A DNA stretch of 37,407 bases from Octopus bimaculoides. Taxonomy: Eukaryota. The stretch is from contig NC_068983.1 in NCBI RefSeq assembly GCF_001194135.2, forward strand, positions 114,296,920 through 114,334,326, given 5' to 3'. Shown one piece after another: positions 1 through 11,825 of the stretch; position 1 is the first letter of the stretch, and each line of letters begins with the position of its first letter. The notes beneath the pieces are model-generated. The model did not search any database. It saw only the letters and a list, made by a program, of their open reading frames with translations, and was not told where the DNA came from. Made by a program: the position numbers and the translations under genes.

Positions 1-37
<37 letters not shown>

Positions 38-836
38 AGGAAATAATTTTATTCTCAAACGCAGGATAATGTTAATAATATCACATAAACAGGATAAACC
101 ATCCATATTTTGCAGAAAAATCTGTTGACGGCCAGCCATGAGACCCAAACTCACATCCCTGTGATTACGCATCCAGTGCTTTACCATTAAACTAAACTGA
201 CCCAAAATATGGATAGTTTATCCTGTTCATGCTATATCATTAGCATTATCCTGCATTTGAGAATAAAATTATTCTCAATGGAAGGTTCAATGGAAGGCTC
301 AGATTTCCTATTTAAACAAGGAAAGAGGTTCACAATTAAAACCAACTTCACTTGTACTTCTGAGAATCTAATTTATGTAATAACTATATAGAACAAACAA
401 GTATGGCACTTAGTATGGACAGATTCCTTTGAGTGAACACATAGAGAGAAGTGCAGGTAATATCCAACCAAACTTCACAGTTTTCCCCATGTACCAGCAC
501 AAAGAAACAATTTCTGTACAAATACATTTAAATAAAAAAAATTTATTTATCGAAAAATACAGAACACGTCTAAATATGAATGCATAACCAACTTTGGTCT
601 CAGTATATATTTTAATTCATGACCACATACCCATCATTGTACATATTTCATCTCACTACTTTAGCTTTTGAGTTTTGTATCCCCACCCCTCAATAAATTA
701 GCAATTACTTCTGCTGTCTTGAATACTAATGATCAATTACCTCTCCTTAGATTTTTCTACTTTACAATAATTTCAATGTCATGATTAAAATTCACCACGT
801 GGGGATAATCGAAATTCTCTTCCTCCCTTTTTCTTA

Positions 837-1227
837 CACAGGAGTGGCTGTGTGGTAAGTAGCTTGCTTACCAACCACATGGTTCCGGGTTCAGTCCCAC
901 TGCATGGCATCTTGGGCAAGTGTCTTTTACTATAGCCTCGGGCCGACCAAAGTCTTGTGAGTGGATTTGGTAGACGGAAACTGAAAGAAGCCCATCGTAT
1001 ATATGTATATATATATGTGTGTGTGTGTGTGTGTTTGTGTGTCTGTGTTTGTCCCCCTACCATTGCTTGACAACCAATGCTGGTGTGCTTATGTCCCCGT
1101 AACTTAGCGATTCAGCAAAAGAGACCGATAGAATAAGAATAAGTCCCGGGGTCGATTTGCACGATTAAAAAGTGGTGGTCCAGCATGGCCGCAGTCAAAT
1201 GACTGAAACAAGTAAAAGAGTAAAGAG
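837..1227 (+). mobile_element. tRNA-headed SINE, family A, tail type 1
   Basis: Head GGAGTGGCTGTGTGGTAAGTAGC...GGTTCAGTCCC (A/B-box-like), internal (TA)/(TG)n, and tail ...GTCAAATGACTGAAACAAGTAAAAGAG. Near-colinear with the copy at 26851-27283. Confidence 0.9.
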
Positions 1228-1439
1228 TATATATAAATACAAGATCCAAGGATTGAGGTGTAGGAAGAAAGTTAGCTTCAACTTTCAGGGACAATAGTGA
1301 TTTACTGAGACGAAAGTTGTGGATCTTTTTCATATCGAAGTACAGTAAACTGAAAAAACTCTTGTATATACATATACACAACCCCACTATTTACTGACTT
1401 ATATATATATATATATATATATACATGAAGAGTTACATG

Positions 1440-1650
1440 TATATGTATGGTTGTCTGTGCATCACTGTCACAGACTATTTTTTCATGGAAACCTGCCTGG
1501 CGAAGGGGAAATAATACTTTACTTGGAAACTGGTGAAGGTTCACAACTAGAGGGACCATCCAGCCATAGAAAATCTGCCTTATTGAATTCCAGCCATGCC
1601 ATGCTAGCATGAAAAAGTGGATGTAAAAATGATGGTGATGATGATGATAA
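1440..1650 (+). mobile_element. SINE 3' module with RTE-like (GAT)n tail
   Basis: ACTTGGAAACTGGTGAAGG...CATCCAGCCATAGAAAATCTGCC...GCATGAAAAAGTGGATGTAAAAATGATG. The same module occurs at about 3670-3760, 19975-20141 and 23830-23975. Confidence 0.7.
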
Positions 1651-1734
1651 TACAACCTGGTTATACTCCAACCTCTACAAAAAGGAAGGACATATATGAT
1701 ATAGTCCTGAATATATAAAAACAAAAGTGCCACA

Positions 1735-2477
1735 CCCTAGCAGTGGAGGGAACCTGTGCAAGAGGCAGGCCCAGGAAGACCTGGGGTGAGGTGGTGAGGC
1801 AAGACCTTCGAACATTGGGCATCACCGAGGTGATGACTTCTGATCAAGACCTTTGGAAATATGCTGTGCATGAGAAGACCCGGCAGGCCAAGTGAGACCT
1901 AAATCCAAGGCCTCTACCAGGGGTGTAGCCAGCCGACTTATGCGTACCTTTCCTTCATTGGACATTAAACTCCGCTTGCGAAGACCTGTTGAGGCAAGTG
2001 AAATTGAAATCGAAATCGAACTAAATTCGACGACTGGCACCCATGCCAACGTCGTCTCCTTCATTGGACACGAAACTCAGCTTGCGAAGACTTATTGGGG
2101 CAAGCGAAAGTGAAATCGGGATGGCACCTGTGCCCAGCGTCGCCTTTATGGCACTTGTGCCCGTGGCATATGTAAGGACTTTCGAGTGAGATCGTTGCCA
2201 GTGCACCTGGACTGGCTCTTGTGCGGGTGGCACATAAAATACACCATCTTGAGCGTGGCCGTTGCCAATATCGCCTGAATGGCCTTTGTGCGGGTGACAC
2301 GTAAAAGCACCTACTACACTCTCGGAGTGGTTGGCATTAGGAAGGGCATCCAGCTGTAGAAACTCTGCCAAATCAGATTGGAGCCTGGTGTAGCCTTCGG
2401 GCTCCACCAGTCTTCAGTCAAATCATCCAACCCATGCTAGCATGGAAAGTAGACGTTAAACGATGATGATGATGATG
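1735..2477 (+). mobile_element. 5'-truncated RTE-clade LINE (ORF C-terminus, 3' UTR, (GAT)n tail)
   Basis: Translates as LAVEGTCARGRPRKTWGEVVRQDLRTLGITEVMTSDQDLWKYAVHEKTRQAK*, a typical RTE C-terminus also seen at about 5010-5165. Ends ACCCATGCTAGCATGGAAAGTAGACGTTAAAC(GAT)5. Confidence 0.9.
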
Positions 2478-2624
2478 AAAATGGGATGGACATGACTAGA
2501 ACATCTTTAATTATGAATTTGATCAGAGCTGACTGAGGGAGGATCTCAGCAAGAACATCAACAACAACACTAACCATGAAGTTGTTCAGCTACTTGTATA
2601 TACTCATAGAACATCTATGGGTGA

Positions 2625-2851
2625 TTAACTTTTTAGCATTCAGATACTCAGTCAAATATAATACTTATTTATCCACATTGTTTTGAATTAATCATGTATT
2701 ATTTTGTAGCTTTGAGATTTCAATGATCTGACAGTATACTTGTAGAATGACATTGTAGGGTAGGTGTAAGAGGCCAGACCTGGTTGGTTTGAACATAAAA
2801 CAGGTAAAATATTTAGGCTGTATATAACCAGTTTCAATGTTAAAGAGTTAA
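2625..2851. mobile_element. TTAA-bounded MITE (piggyBac-like termini)
   Basis: Left end TTAACTTTTTAGCATT and right end AATGTTAAAGAGTTAA are imperfect inverted repeats that begin and end in TTAA. Confidence 0.6.
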
Positions 2852-2906
2852 ATTTTCAGTTTTAGAGTTATGTCCTTGCTACAAACTCTATTGAAAGGAT
2901 TTAAAA

Positions 2907-3219
2907 CAGTGGTTCTCAACTAGGGTCTATTTAAGATTTTTGGGGCTCCATGCAACAAAATACGAAATTGGGGAGCTACAATAATATTTTAAGGGCCCTG
3001 AAAAAATTTTGCTTTAGGTGCATATTGCAAGAAATAACCAAGTTTCTTTCTCTAACATTTTACCAACACAAGTTAATGTGTGAAATGCAAAATAGGAATT
3101 TCGAAAGATATTTCAATAAAACAAGTTTTTAAACATTGAGCGGCTTATGGGGGGTTCACCAAAATAGAATAGTAATCAAAAGGATCCATAGATAAAAAAA
3201 AAATTGTTGAGAACCCCTG
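2907..3219. mobile_element. hAT-type MITE
   Basis: TIRs CAGTGGTTCTCAAC and GTTGAGAACCCCTG. Flanking 8-mers ATTTAAAA (2899-2906) and ATTTAATA (3220-3227) match at 7 of 8 positions, consistent with an 8-bp TSD. Confidence 0.8.
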
Positions 3220-3240
3220 ATTTAATAAACAAAATACTGA

Positions 3241-3830
3241 CGTGGTTGTGAGTTAAGAAGTTTGCTTACCAGTCATGTGTTTTGGGGTTCAGTCCTGCTG
3301 CATGGCACTTGAGGCAATAAAAGCTTTCTCAGTGGATTTGGTAAATGGAAAACTGAAAGAAACTTGGTGTATACATATGATAGGTGCAAGCATAGCACTG
3401 TGGGAAGGAGTTTGCTTCCCAACCACATAGTCTTGGGTTCAGTCCCACTGCATGCATCTTAGGTTAGTGTTTACAGCGGTCTTCTACCATATTCCCAGGC
3501 CAGCTAAAGCCTTGTTAGTGGATTTGGTTGACAGAAACTGGGAGAAGCTTGTATATGTATGTATGTTTACATATGTAGAAGTGTGTGTGTGTGTGTGTAT
3601 TAATGTGTCTTTGCCTTGACAGTGCTTTACAGTTGTGTGTCACTGTCATGCAAGAGCTATCCTTTATTTCCATGGGGGAGAATTACCTTACTTGGAAATT
3701 GGAGAGGGTTGGTGTAGGAAGGGCATCCAGCTGTAGAATATCTGCTTCAACAAGTTTCTTAGAGTATAGCCTCAGATTGACCAAAGCCTTGCAGGGGATT
3801 TAGTAGACAGAAAGTAAAAGAAGCCCTTTG
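3241..3830 (+). mobile_element. Cluster of degenerate family A SINEs with RTE-like tail module
   Basis: Two heads (about 3241 and 3385) with GGGTTCAGTCC, GTGGATTTGGT and GAAACTG motifs, then (TG)n and GGAAGGGCATCCAGCTGTAGAA. Confidence 0.7.
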
Positions 3831-3904
3831 TGCGTGTGTGTGTCTTTGTCCTCCTCTTTTCACAAAATTAGTGGCCTTTTAACTTTGTTAGAAATTTCAT
3901 AGAG

Positions 3905-4069
3905 AGATGTGGGATTGGTTAGCAGGTACCATCAACTTCAGTAATTGACTGGTACTTTATTTTATTGACACTCTGCACACCCAGTGGGATGAAATGCAAA
4001 GCTGGTTTCTGAAGGATTCAAACTCAGAACGTAAAGAGCTAGAAAAAATAATGCAAGGTATTTTGTCCA
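3905..4069 (-). mobile_element. Family B SINE interrupted by the RTE LINE (continues at about 5563-5600)
   Basis: Motifs ACTGGTACTTTATTTTATTGAC, GGATGAAATGCAAAG and AACTCAGAACGTAAAG are shared with the copy at 5870-6056. The sequence resumes after the LINE at GTATTTTGTCCAGCATCTTAACAATTC. Confidence 0.7.
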
Positions 4070-5562
4070 ACTAATTCAGGGTACAAGTAGTACAAGATAT
4101 TTTGTCCAACAGAATTCAGGGTACAAGTAGGGATTCACCAAGGATTGGTCCTAGTCCATCATAGTACTTCAAGCAATAACAGAGGACTTTAAGACAAGCA
4201 GCTCTTGGTATCTTCTCTATACTGATGACCTTGTTCTTATAGCTGAATCACTACCAGAACTAGAGAAGTTCCAGGTATGGAAGCAAGGTCTAGAATTGAA
4301 GGGCCTTAGAGTTAACCTAGCAAAAACCAAAGTCTTAGTAAGTAGGAAGGTAGACAAATCACAAGTCCCTTCAGGTAGATGGTCCTGCTCAATCTGTAGA
4401 AAAGGAGTAGGTAGTAACTCTGTAAGATGCACCTAGTGTAAGCTTTGGACACAAAAGGTGCAACAATATCAGAGGAAGGTTAACAGGGAAAATAGCTTTT
4501 GTGTATGATAGATGCACAGGTACAATAAACACCAAAAATGTACAGAAAATAGAATCCATCAACTGCCATGGGGGTAAGTTAGAGGTAGTAGATAGCTTCC
4601 ATTACCTAGGTGATCATGTTAGTAGCAGCGGTGGATGCTCTGAGAGCATAGCTGTCAGAATAAGATTAGGCTGGACCAAGTTTAGAGAGCTCCTACCCCT
4701 GATGGCAAAAAAAGGCCTCTCTCTCGGAGTGAAAGACAGATTGTATGATGCCTGTGTGCGAACAGCTATGCTACATGACAGTGAAACATGGGCTGTGACA
4801 GCTTAGGACATGTGTAGGCTTGAAAGAAATGAAGCCAGTATGCTTCACTGGATGTGCAATGTCAATGTGCAAGTTCAACAGAGTGTAAGCATCCTGAGAG
4901 AAACGTTAGGCATAAGAGGCATCAGATGTGGTGTGCAAGAGAGATGAATGCTCTGGTATGGTCATGTGATGTGTACAGACAAGTACAGCTCTGAAAAGAA
5001 GTGCCGATCCCTAACTGTGGAGGGGAACTTATGGTAGAGGTAGACCCAGGAAGATGTGGGATGAGGTGGTGAAGCATGATCTTTGCACTCTGGGCCTCAC
5101 AGAGGCAATGACAAGTGACCAAGACCTTTGGCAATATGTTGTGCTTGAGAAGACCCATCAAGCCTAGTAAAATCACAGTAATGGCTGATGTTGGTGTCAC
5201 ATAACCGGCATCCATGCAGGTGGTACATATAAAGCATTTTTTGAGCATTGAGCCTCATGGAGGCAAAGTGGTTGAGCTCCTTTTGAATGGTGGACCTCAT
5301 AGAGGCATGGCACTATATTGTGCTTGAGAAGAAGACCCATCAAGCCAAGTAAAACTGCAGTTGTAGCAGATACCAGTGCCAGTGGCACGTAAAAGCACCC
5401 ATTACACTCTCAGAGAGGTTGGCATTAGGAAGGGTATCCAGCCATAGAAACCATGCAAAAACAGACCGGAGTCTGGTGCAGCCTTCCAGCTTGCCAGCCC
5501 TGGTCAAACTGTCCAACCCATTCCAGCATGGACAACAGATGTTAAATGATGATGATGATGAT
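4070..5562 (+). mobile_element. 5'-truncated, decayed RTE-clade LINE with reverse transcriptase remnant
   Basis: RT motifs VGIHQG, LYTDDLVLIAES (YTDD at 4218-4229), GLRVNLAKTKVL, VDSFHYLGD, GWTKFRELLP and MLHDSETWAV; C-terminal GRGRPRKMWDEVVKHDL; stops and frameshifts; (GAT)n tail. A 12-bp TSD GTATTTTGTCCA lies at 4058-4069 and 5563-5574. Confidence 0.93.
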
Positions 5563-5869
5563 GTATTTTGTCCAGCATCTTAACAATTCCGCTTATCCAC
5601 CATCCTTGATAGATAAATATTGATTTCTAAAATGGAATAAGGTCACAAATTTGGATGTGGGCAAAATATAGTCAATTAAAACAAGGCCAGTCCTTGATTT
5701 GCACTTTATTTCACCAACTTCAGATGGATGATGATAATGTCAAAATTGGTGGGATATGAACTCAGAACATAAAAGTACACAAATAAATACCATAAAGCAT
5801 TTGGTTTATCACTCTACCACTTCAGTCAACCCATTATATATTGGTTTCAAATTTTGGCGCATAGTCAGC

Positions 5870-6056
5870 CATTTTAAGGGAGGGGATAAATCAATTAGAT
5901 TGATCCCAGTGTTCAACTGGAACATTTTCGTCAATCATCAAATGGATGAAAGGCAAAGTTGACCTCTTTGGAATTTGAACTCAGAATGTAAAGACAGATG
6001 AAATGCCACTAAGCATTTTGCCTGGCATGCTAACGATTCTGCCAGCTAGCTGCCTC
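5870..6056 (-). mobile_element. tRNA-headed SINE, family B
   Basis: The minus strand reads GGCAGCTAGCTGGCAGAATCGTTAGC...GAGTTCAAATTCC (A and B boxes), then GGTCAACTTTGCCTTTCATCC. More decayed copies lie at about 5676-5830, 8690-8870, 18560-18680 and 25880-26000 (minus) and 21378-21560 (plus). Confidence 0.8.
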
Positions 6057-6758
6057 AAACCAACCTTATATATTAAAAACCAAAATTCCTACAGCAAGAT
6101 AGCTTACTCAACAATTTGGCAAGGTTCACTATCATTTGGATACAGTGTACACCTATTTGCTGTCACTTAACTTTCTAGCAATAGCAGCAAACCAAATTTC
6201 ATACAAATTATACCCTAACATCTTATAATGGACAGGGTACACTGAACAAAGTAGGCATGTACAAAAGAAAAGAGGGAATTGTGTTTTGTCATAGATCTGC
6301 TCAGTCAGGTCAAAGCTGGAGATAAACAGCAAAACAACTGTAAAATACATAAACATGAGAATGTGAGAGGGAGAAAAAGAGAGAAGAGATACAAGAAAAA
6401 AATGAGAAAGGAGAGAAAAAGAGAGAGAAGATAATATATGGTGATGTTTGTTTTTCTAAACTATTTTCCTACATTCTGGATGTATTGGCGATGTGTTTCA
6501 ATCAGTAATCTTTCCAAATATCTTCAAGTTGTACTGAGATAGGCAGGGGAATAAATAAAACCTGAAGATAGCTGGAGAGAACACCAGCTGAAACACAGTG
6601 TCAGCAAGACTTCCAAGATGAAAGGAAAATACTCTATAAGAACAAATCATCTCTGGAAAATACAGACAATCAATATCTAATGTTGGTTTATAGACTTTTT
6701 ATTTACATTTCTGTATAGTTTGCCATGTTGCAGTGTATTAATTCATCATTCTGGTTTC

Positions 6759-6795
<37 letters not shown>

Positions 6796-7984
6796 CATTA
6801 TTTATATGGGAGAAAATCTATGATTAGACAAACATGATAGACTGTTTTTATTTACACGTCTTAAATTTTAAAATAAATCCCACTAGGTAGTAGTAATGTC
6901 TTATGCAAAATATGAATGTAAAAACAAAAAGAAAATTATATATATAAATACAAATATCTTTGTAAATTTGTTGTTGTCATCATAAACAATAATAATAGTA
7001 ACATTAATAGTAACTGTAGTAAAGAGATTTTTCTGCAACTAAATGAAACTGTCACATGATAACCTGATGCCAAAATATGCCCAATAGATCTTCAGATAGG
7101 AAGAAGAGAGCTTTTGCGTGTATGTGTATTTAAAACAAAAAATTAAAAGGAACCTTAAAAATTCAGTTTGATTTTGATTTTTTTTTTTTCCGTTTCTTTA
7201 TAAATATTGGCTTATAGTGTTATTCTAAAAGAGGGATATAGAAAAAATGGGTGTAAGAGAATATAAAATTATCTGGATTTTATAACCAGTAAATTTGATA
7301 ACAAGAACAGTTGGAAGGCATTTGTTGTTGTTTTTGTTGTTAATAAATAAATAAATAAAATAAATAGATATGGAAATTTCAAGATGAAATAAAAGGGGTT
7401 AGGGGTGGGTAGATTAGAATTTGATTCTTCAAGAAGTCATTTCAATGTGTTTTGAATACTGTTCAGCTGAGATTTGCTAAATGCTGATAGAGAAAAAGAA
7501 TGAAGTTAGTGTCAGTTAAAATCTTGCCTGGGTACTCTTATCTATTTCTGTCACATTCTATTTTCGCTATCCACTAACTGGTAAGTATACACATATATAA
7601 TTCAGGTCTTTGCTTGGAGCTTTTCCAGATGAGCCAGTTGTCATGGGCCTATGATTTTGAAAGAACCTTCTCCCATTAAGTAAAGGCAAAGGGAGGACTC
7701 TTTGGTAAAGAATTTCCTCTTTTTATAAACTATGCTTGTTCTTTTATTCTGTTCTGTTACTTGTAGATACATCATATACACTAGACATATATATTTTTGC
7801 CTATAACTCATACAGAAATTATATATATTTATATATAAAACAGTTTGATTCAGCTCCCAGTGACTTGAAGTTTCACGGGCCTTTAACAGAAACCATTCTT
7901 TCAGCCTCAGATTACTGAATCTCTTTTAAATACTACATGTAACTCCTACTAAAAGTGTTGAGTGCTTTTTTCTTTTGTTATTCA

Positions 7985-8014
7985 CTCATATATATATATA
8001 TATATATACACACA

Positions 8015-8072
<58 letters not shown>

Positions 8073-8235
8073 TACATACATATATACTTATATATATACA
8101 TACACACACACATATATACATATATGCATATAAATATATACATACATATACACATATATACATTTATATATACATATATATGCATATATACATACATATA
8201 TATATATATTGAATATACATACATATATATATGTA
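7985..8235. repeat. Compound (AT)n/(AC)/(ATAC) microsatellite
   Basis: Seen directly. It generates the spurious YIYI/HTHT ORFs. Similar tracts occur at 1-32, 6762-6794, 13385-13510, 14200-14224, 24200-24225 and 34732-34765. Confidence 0.95.
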
Positions 8236-11200
8236 GTACAAACTACTAAAATATTTGGTCAGTATTATGAGATGAGAGCTACATTTCACACTGGCCTGGA
8301 CCTAATTATGGGGCCTACATTTCACATCTGGTCATGGTCTATTATCATCTTTGCATGGTCCTCTATGTATGTATTTGTATTTAAAAAAGACCTCTCACAA
8401 CCATCAGTCATTACAATAATTATGATTTTGCAGTGACACAACAGAATTTTGAAATATCTTGAACAAGGTAGACTGGATAGCAGAAATATGAGGTATACTT
8501 TGAAAGGTTAAAAATGGCTCAAATAGAAAAACAGAAGAAAGTAGTGGTTAGTTCAATATCATACAAATGATGTACAGCTGGTGACTGATGGATGTAAGGA
8601 TTGTAGTGTAGCTAAAGAAAGCCATTGCAATATTTAAAACTTTTTTGGAAGAAAATAATATAATAATTTCTTGTCTAGGCACAAATCTCAGTGTATTTTG
8701 TGGAAGGACAGGCTAGTCGATTAAATTGACCCTATTACTTAACTAGATACTAGAAGGACTGTAAAGTAAGGGCTTCTTTGGTGGGAATTGAACTCAGAAT
8801 GTAAAGGGCTGTAACTGAAAATGTCATACAGCATTTATTTCATCCAATGCTATAAAGATCTGCTCTTGAACTTGAGAAGAAGGCATTTATCTTTTTGACA
8901 AACTCTATCTAGTTCGTCGAAAGAAATACAAGATCTGAAACATAGAGCAGCTTTGCTTTGGTGTTTAAAGTGGGAAGTTATGAGAGGGAAGGATTGGTCA
9001 AACGATTTTCAATCCAATGATCCAATACATTAAAATATTGAAGTGTAATTCATTACAAGTTTTATGTGTAGGTAATCAGGCAAGTCTACCCATTCCATGG
9101 AAGAACTGTATGAATTTCTATAAGTATACTGACCCACACACGTGCACACGCACACACACACATCACAAACTCAGGGAATGTTTTAAAATATCAAAGATTA
9201 AGGCAATATCTGCTTACAAATGTGCTTTGTGATTTAGTTGGTATGAAATCGTTCATGTATTGAAAAATAACTTGAAACTTTTCAATAAGTCCCTTATTCT
9301 GTCTGATAAAAATAAATCTGAGAATTTAAAACAATTCTATGAATAAATAAAATAATGGCAAATTCCCATTATTAGCACACATGTTCATTTGTTAAGAAAT
9401 AATTCTCACTGGAAGTGCTGAGAGAAGTTAGTCTTAAGGAAAGGCACAACAGTTGAAGGCAAGCTAGAAGAGAATGAAGACTAACTACTTCATAACTAAG
9501 TGTTAATGTTGAACTAAGTATAGCCTTATATGAAATAAAGGCTGTTGTTGCAAAAATCAGAGTGAGGGAAGAATGACAGATACTTTAGCTTCTTTGTAAA
9601 ATGCTATTAATTCAAAGAGGAAGACCAAACTCTACAAAGAAAGAGGTATATACTTTTAAAAAAGTCAATGTTTTAAAAGGGAAGAGATAACAAAACAATA
9701 TTTATTTCCTGAATTAATAGATTTAAAGATAAAAGACCCTCTTCTTTGGAGCTAATTTATTATATTCAAATAAAATGGAGTCAGTGTTGCTGCAAACAGT
9801 AGGTCAAATGTTTATAGCACATTCACATTGGGCTTTCATCATTTGGCAGTCAGAAATCTAACAAGAGAGAAACCTATGACATGGGCCTTTTTTGAGTGCC
9901 TACCATGTTTACCAAAATGACAAAAATAATCTCCAAAACATAAAGGAGATAAAAATACTAATTATTTTAAGTAGAGAGAAATATCAGTCAAAATGAACAA
10001 CTTTTAACTTAGAGTGGATAGCACAGTCAAATGGAAAGAAGTTACTGCTTGGCATAAAGGAGTTAATTCAACATGTTAATTACCAGTCCTGGAACTCAAC
10101 TAACTAGGTTTGGGACAAAGGGACTCATTATATATACATATTTAATTTTTTTCTTTTGTTTTGTAATTTTTCAATGCATTGAATATTTTATAAGAAAGGG
10201 GGATAAAAATTCCAGTTCACTGATTGTAGTTAATTGGTTTTTTTATACAAATATAAAAGGGAACTTTTGTTCATTTTTTTTTTGTTTTTGCTGTAAAAAT
10301 GTAAAAAATATAACAATATTTTATGGAATTAAAAAAAAGGCAACTGTCCAGATGAATTAAAAGACAGTTCTAAGGCAGTGGAAGATATATATAAATATAT
10401 AAAACACTAATCTCAGAATGAGATTTATGAGGAGAAATAAAAGTGGGGCTTTGGCTTAGATATGTTTCAACAGGGATTCTTCAAGGTTACATTTCATCAG
10501 TGCGGAGGTGAGCATAATTACAAAAGTCACCATTTGAAGTAAGGTTCAAGTAGATTGACAACAACAGAATCACTAAAGCAGTTAGTTATACATTGTTATT
10601 TTTTCTCATTTTTTTTATTTATTTATTTTTTTCATGTGTAAAAAATTTCATTACAAAAATATGTTGCACAGACTCTCGCTTCCTCTACAGAGGAAAGAAA
10701 CCTCTTTATAATACAGCAGTCCTTAGTCAAGTCTGTGAGTTCTATGTAATTGTAAGAAGAGGAAAAAAATCCACACACACAATTGCCACCACAAATTATA
10801 AAGAAAAAAAAAATAATAATAATGAAGGTGGAAGTGTAGAATTTTAATGTGAGCTGTGACAAACTTGATAATTACATATGTCTATCTGCATTCATAAAAG
10901 CACATAGGTTTCCTTTTAATATATAGGTGTAGTGAAAAAGTATACATGTTGAATAAGTACTCCAGAGAAGATGGAGAAATTTTATTTTACAACCACCCAC
11001 CATGTTATATATGTTTATGGGTGTGCGTATCCTATGTGTGTATCTTATATAAATGTATTTGTTCTATAGAAATTTAAACCCATTTAAAGAGTTCACAGCA
11101 TATAGTTAACTTTTTCTAAAAAATTTTTTTTTCATATTTTCAAATCTTAAGACATTGTTCTTTCTAGTAATTTAATTCTTTCTAAGAGTAAAAGTTGTGA

Positions 11201-11545
11201 AAGAAAACATTCTTCTGTTGTGCTGTTAAGTTTTTCATTCTGCAACTTATCTATGGCACTATATGTTGTCTAAATGACAGCAAAATGGACATTCTGGAAT
11301 GTTTCTTTCTTCATAAGGGCAGATTCAGTAACAAATAACTATAAAATAGTTGGAGACAGTTGATTTTTCTTCGTACGAAAATAAAGTAGTTTTTTGTGTT
11401 TTTTAGTACTTTTTTATTATTAAAATCTTAACTTCAACTTTTCAGAGCAATGGCTTCTTTGTGGAATTCTTTTTTCTTTTAATTTTTTTCTTTATATACA
11501 AGTATATATATATTTTTTTTTTCAATTTTTGGATACAATTATATA

Positions 11546-11825
11546 NNNNNNNNNNNNNNNNNNNNNNNNNNNNNNNNNNNNNNNNNNNNNNNNNNNNNNN
11601 NNNNNNNNNNNNNNNNNNNNNNNNNNNNNNNNNNNNNNNNNNNNNNNNNNNNNNNNNNNNNNNNNNNNNNNNNNNNNNNNNNNNNNNNNNNNNNNNNNNN
11701 NNNNNNNNNNNNNNNNNNNNNNNNNNNNNNNNNNNNNNNNNNNNNNNNNNNNNNNNNNNNNNNNNNNNNNNNNNNNNNNNNNNNNNNNNNNNNNNNNNNN
11801 NNNNNNNNNNNNNNNNNNNNNNNNN
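11546..11825. other. Assembly gap (N run); others at 21874-21973, about 32214-32889, 33519-33823 and 34722-34731
   Basis: N characters in the sequence. Confidence 0.99.

Noticed and set aside
785-1387. ORFs of 91-92 aa on the minus strand
   Set aside because: They are antisense readings of a family A SINE. The same peptides (YSFTCFSHLT, CHAVGLNPGP-like) recur at other SINE copies.
1822-2407. Several 73-128 aa ORFs, repeated at 33481-34149
   Set aside because: They are chance frames in the RTE 3' UTR and recur only because the repeat is duplicated.
7955-8249. Overlapping YIYI/HTHT-rich ORFs (also 13324-13605, 25554-25836, 26800-27196)
   Set aside because: These are translations of (AT)n/(AC)n microsatellites and SINE bodies with no coding signal.
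10460-10513. Possible 48-nt plus-strand exon (ttag...GGAG|gtgagc)
   Set aside because: Weak pyrimidine tract, no recognisable peptide and no partner exons.
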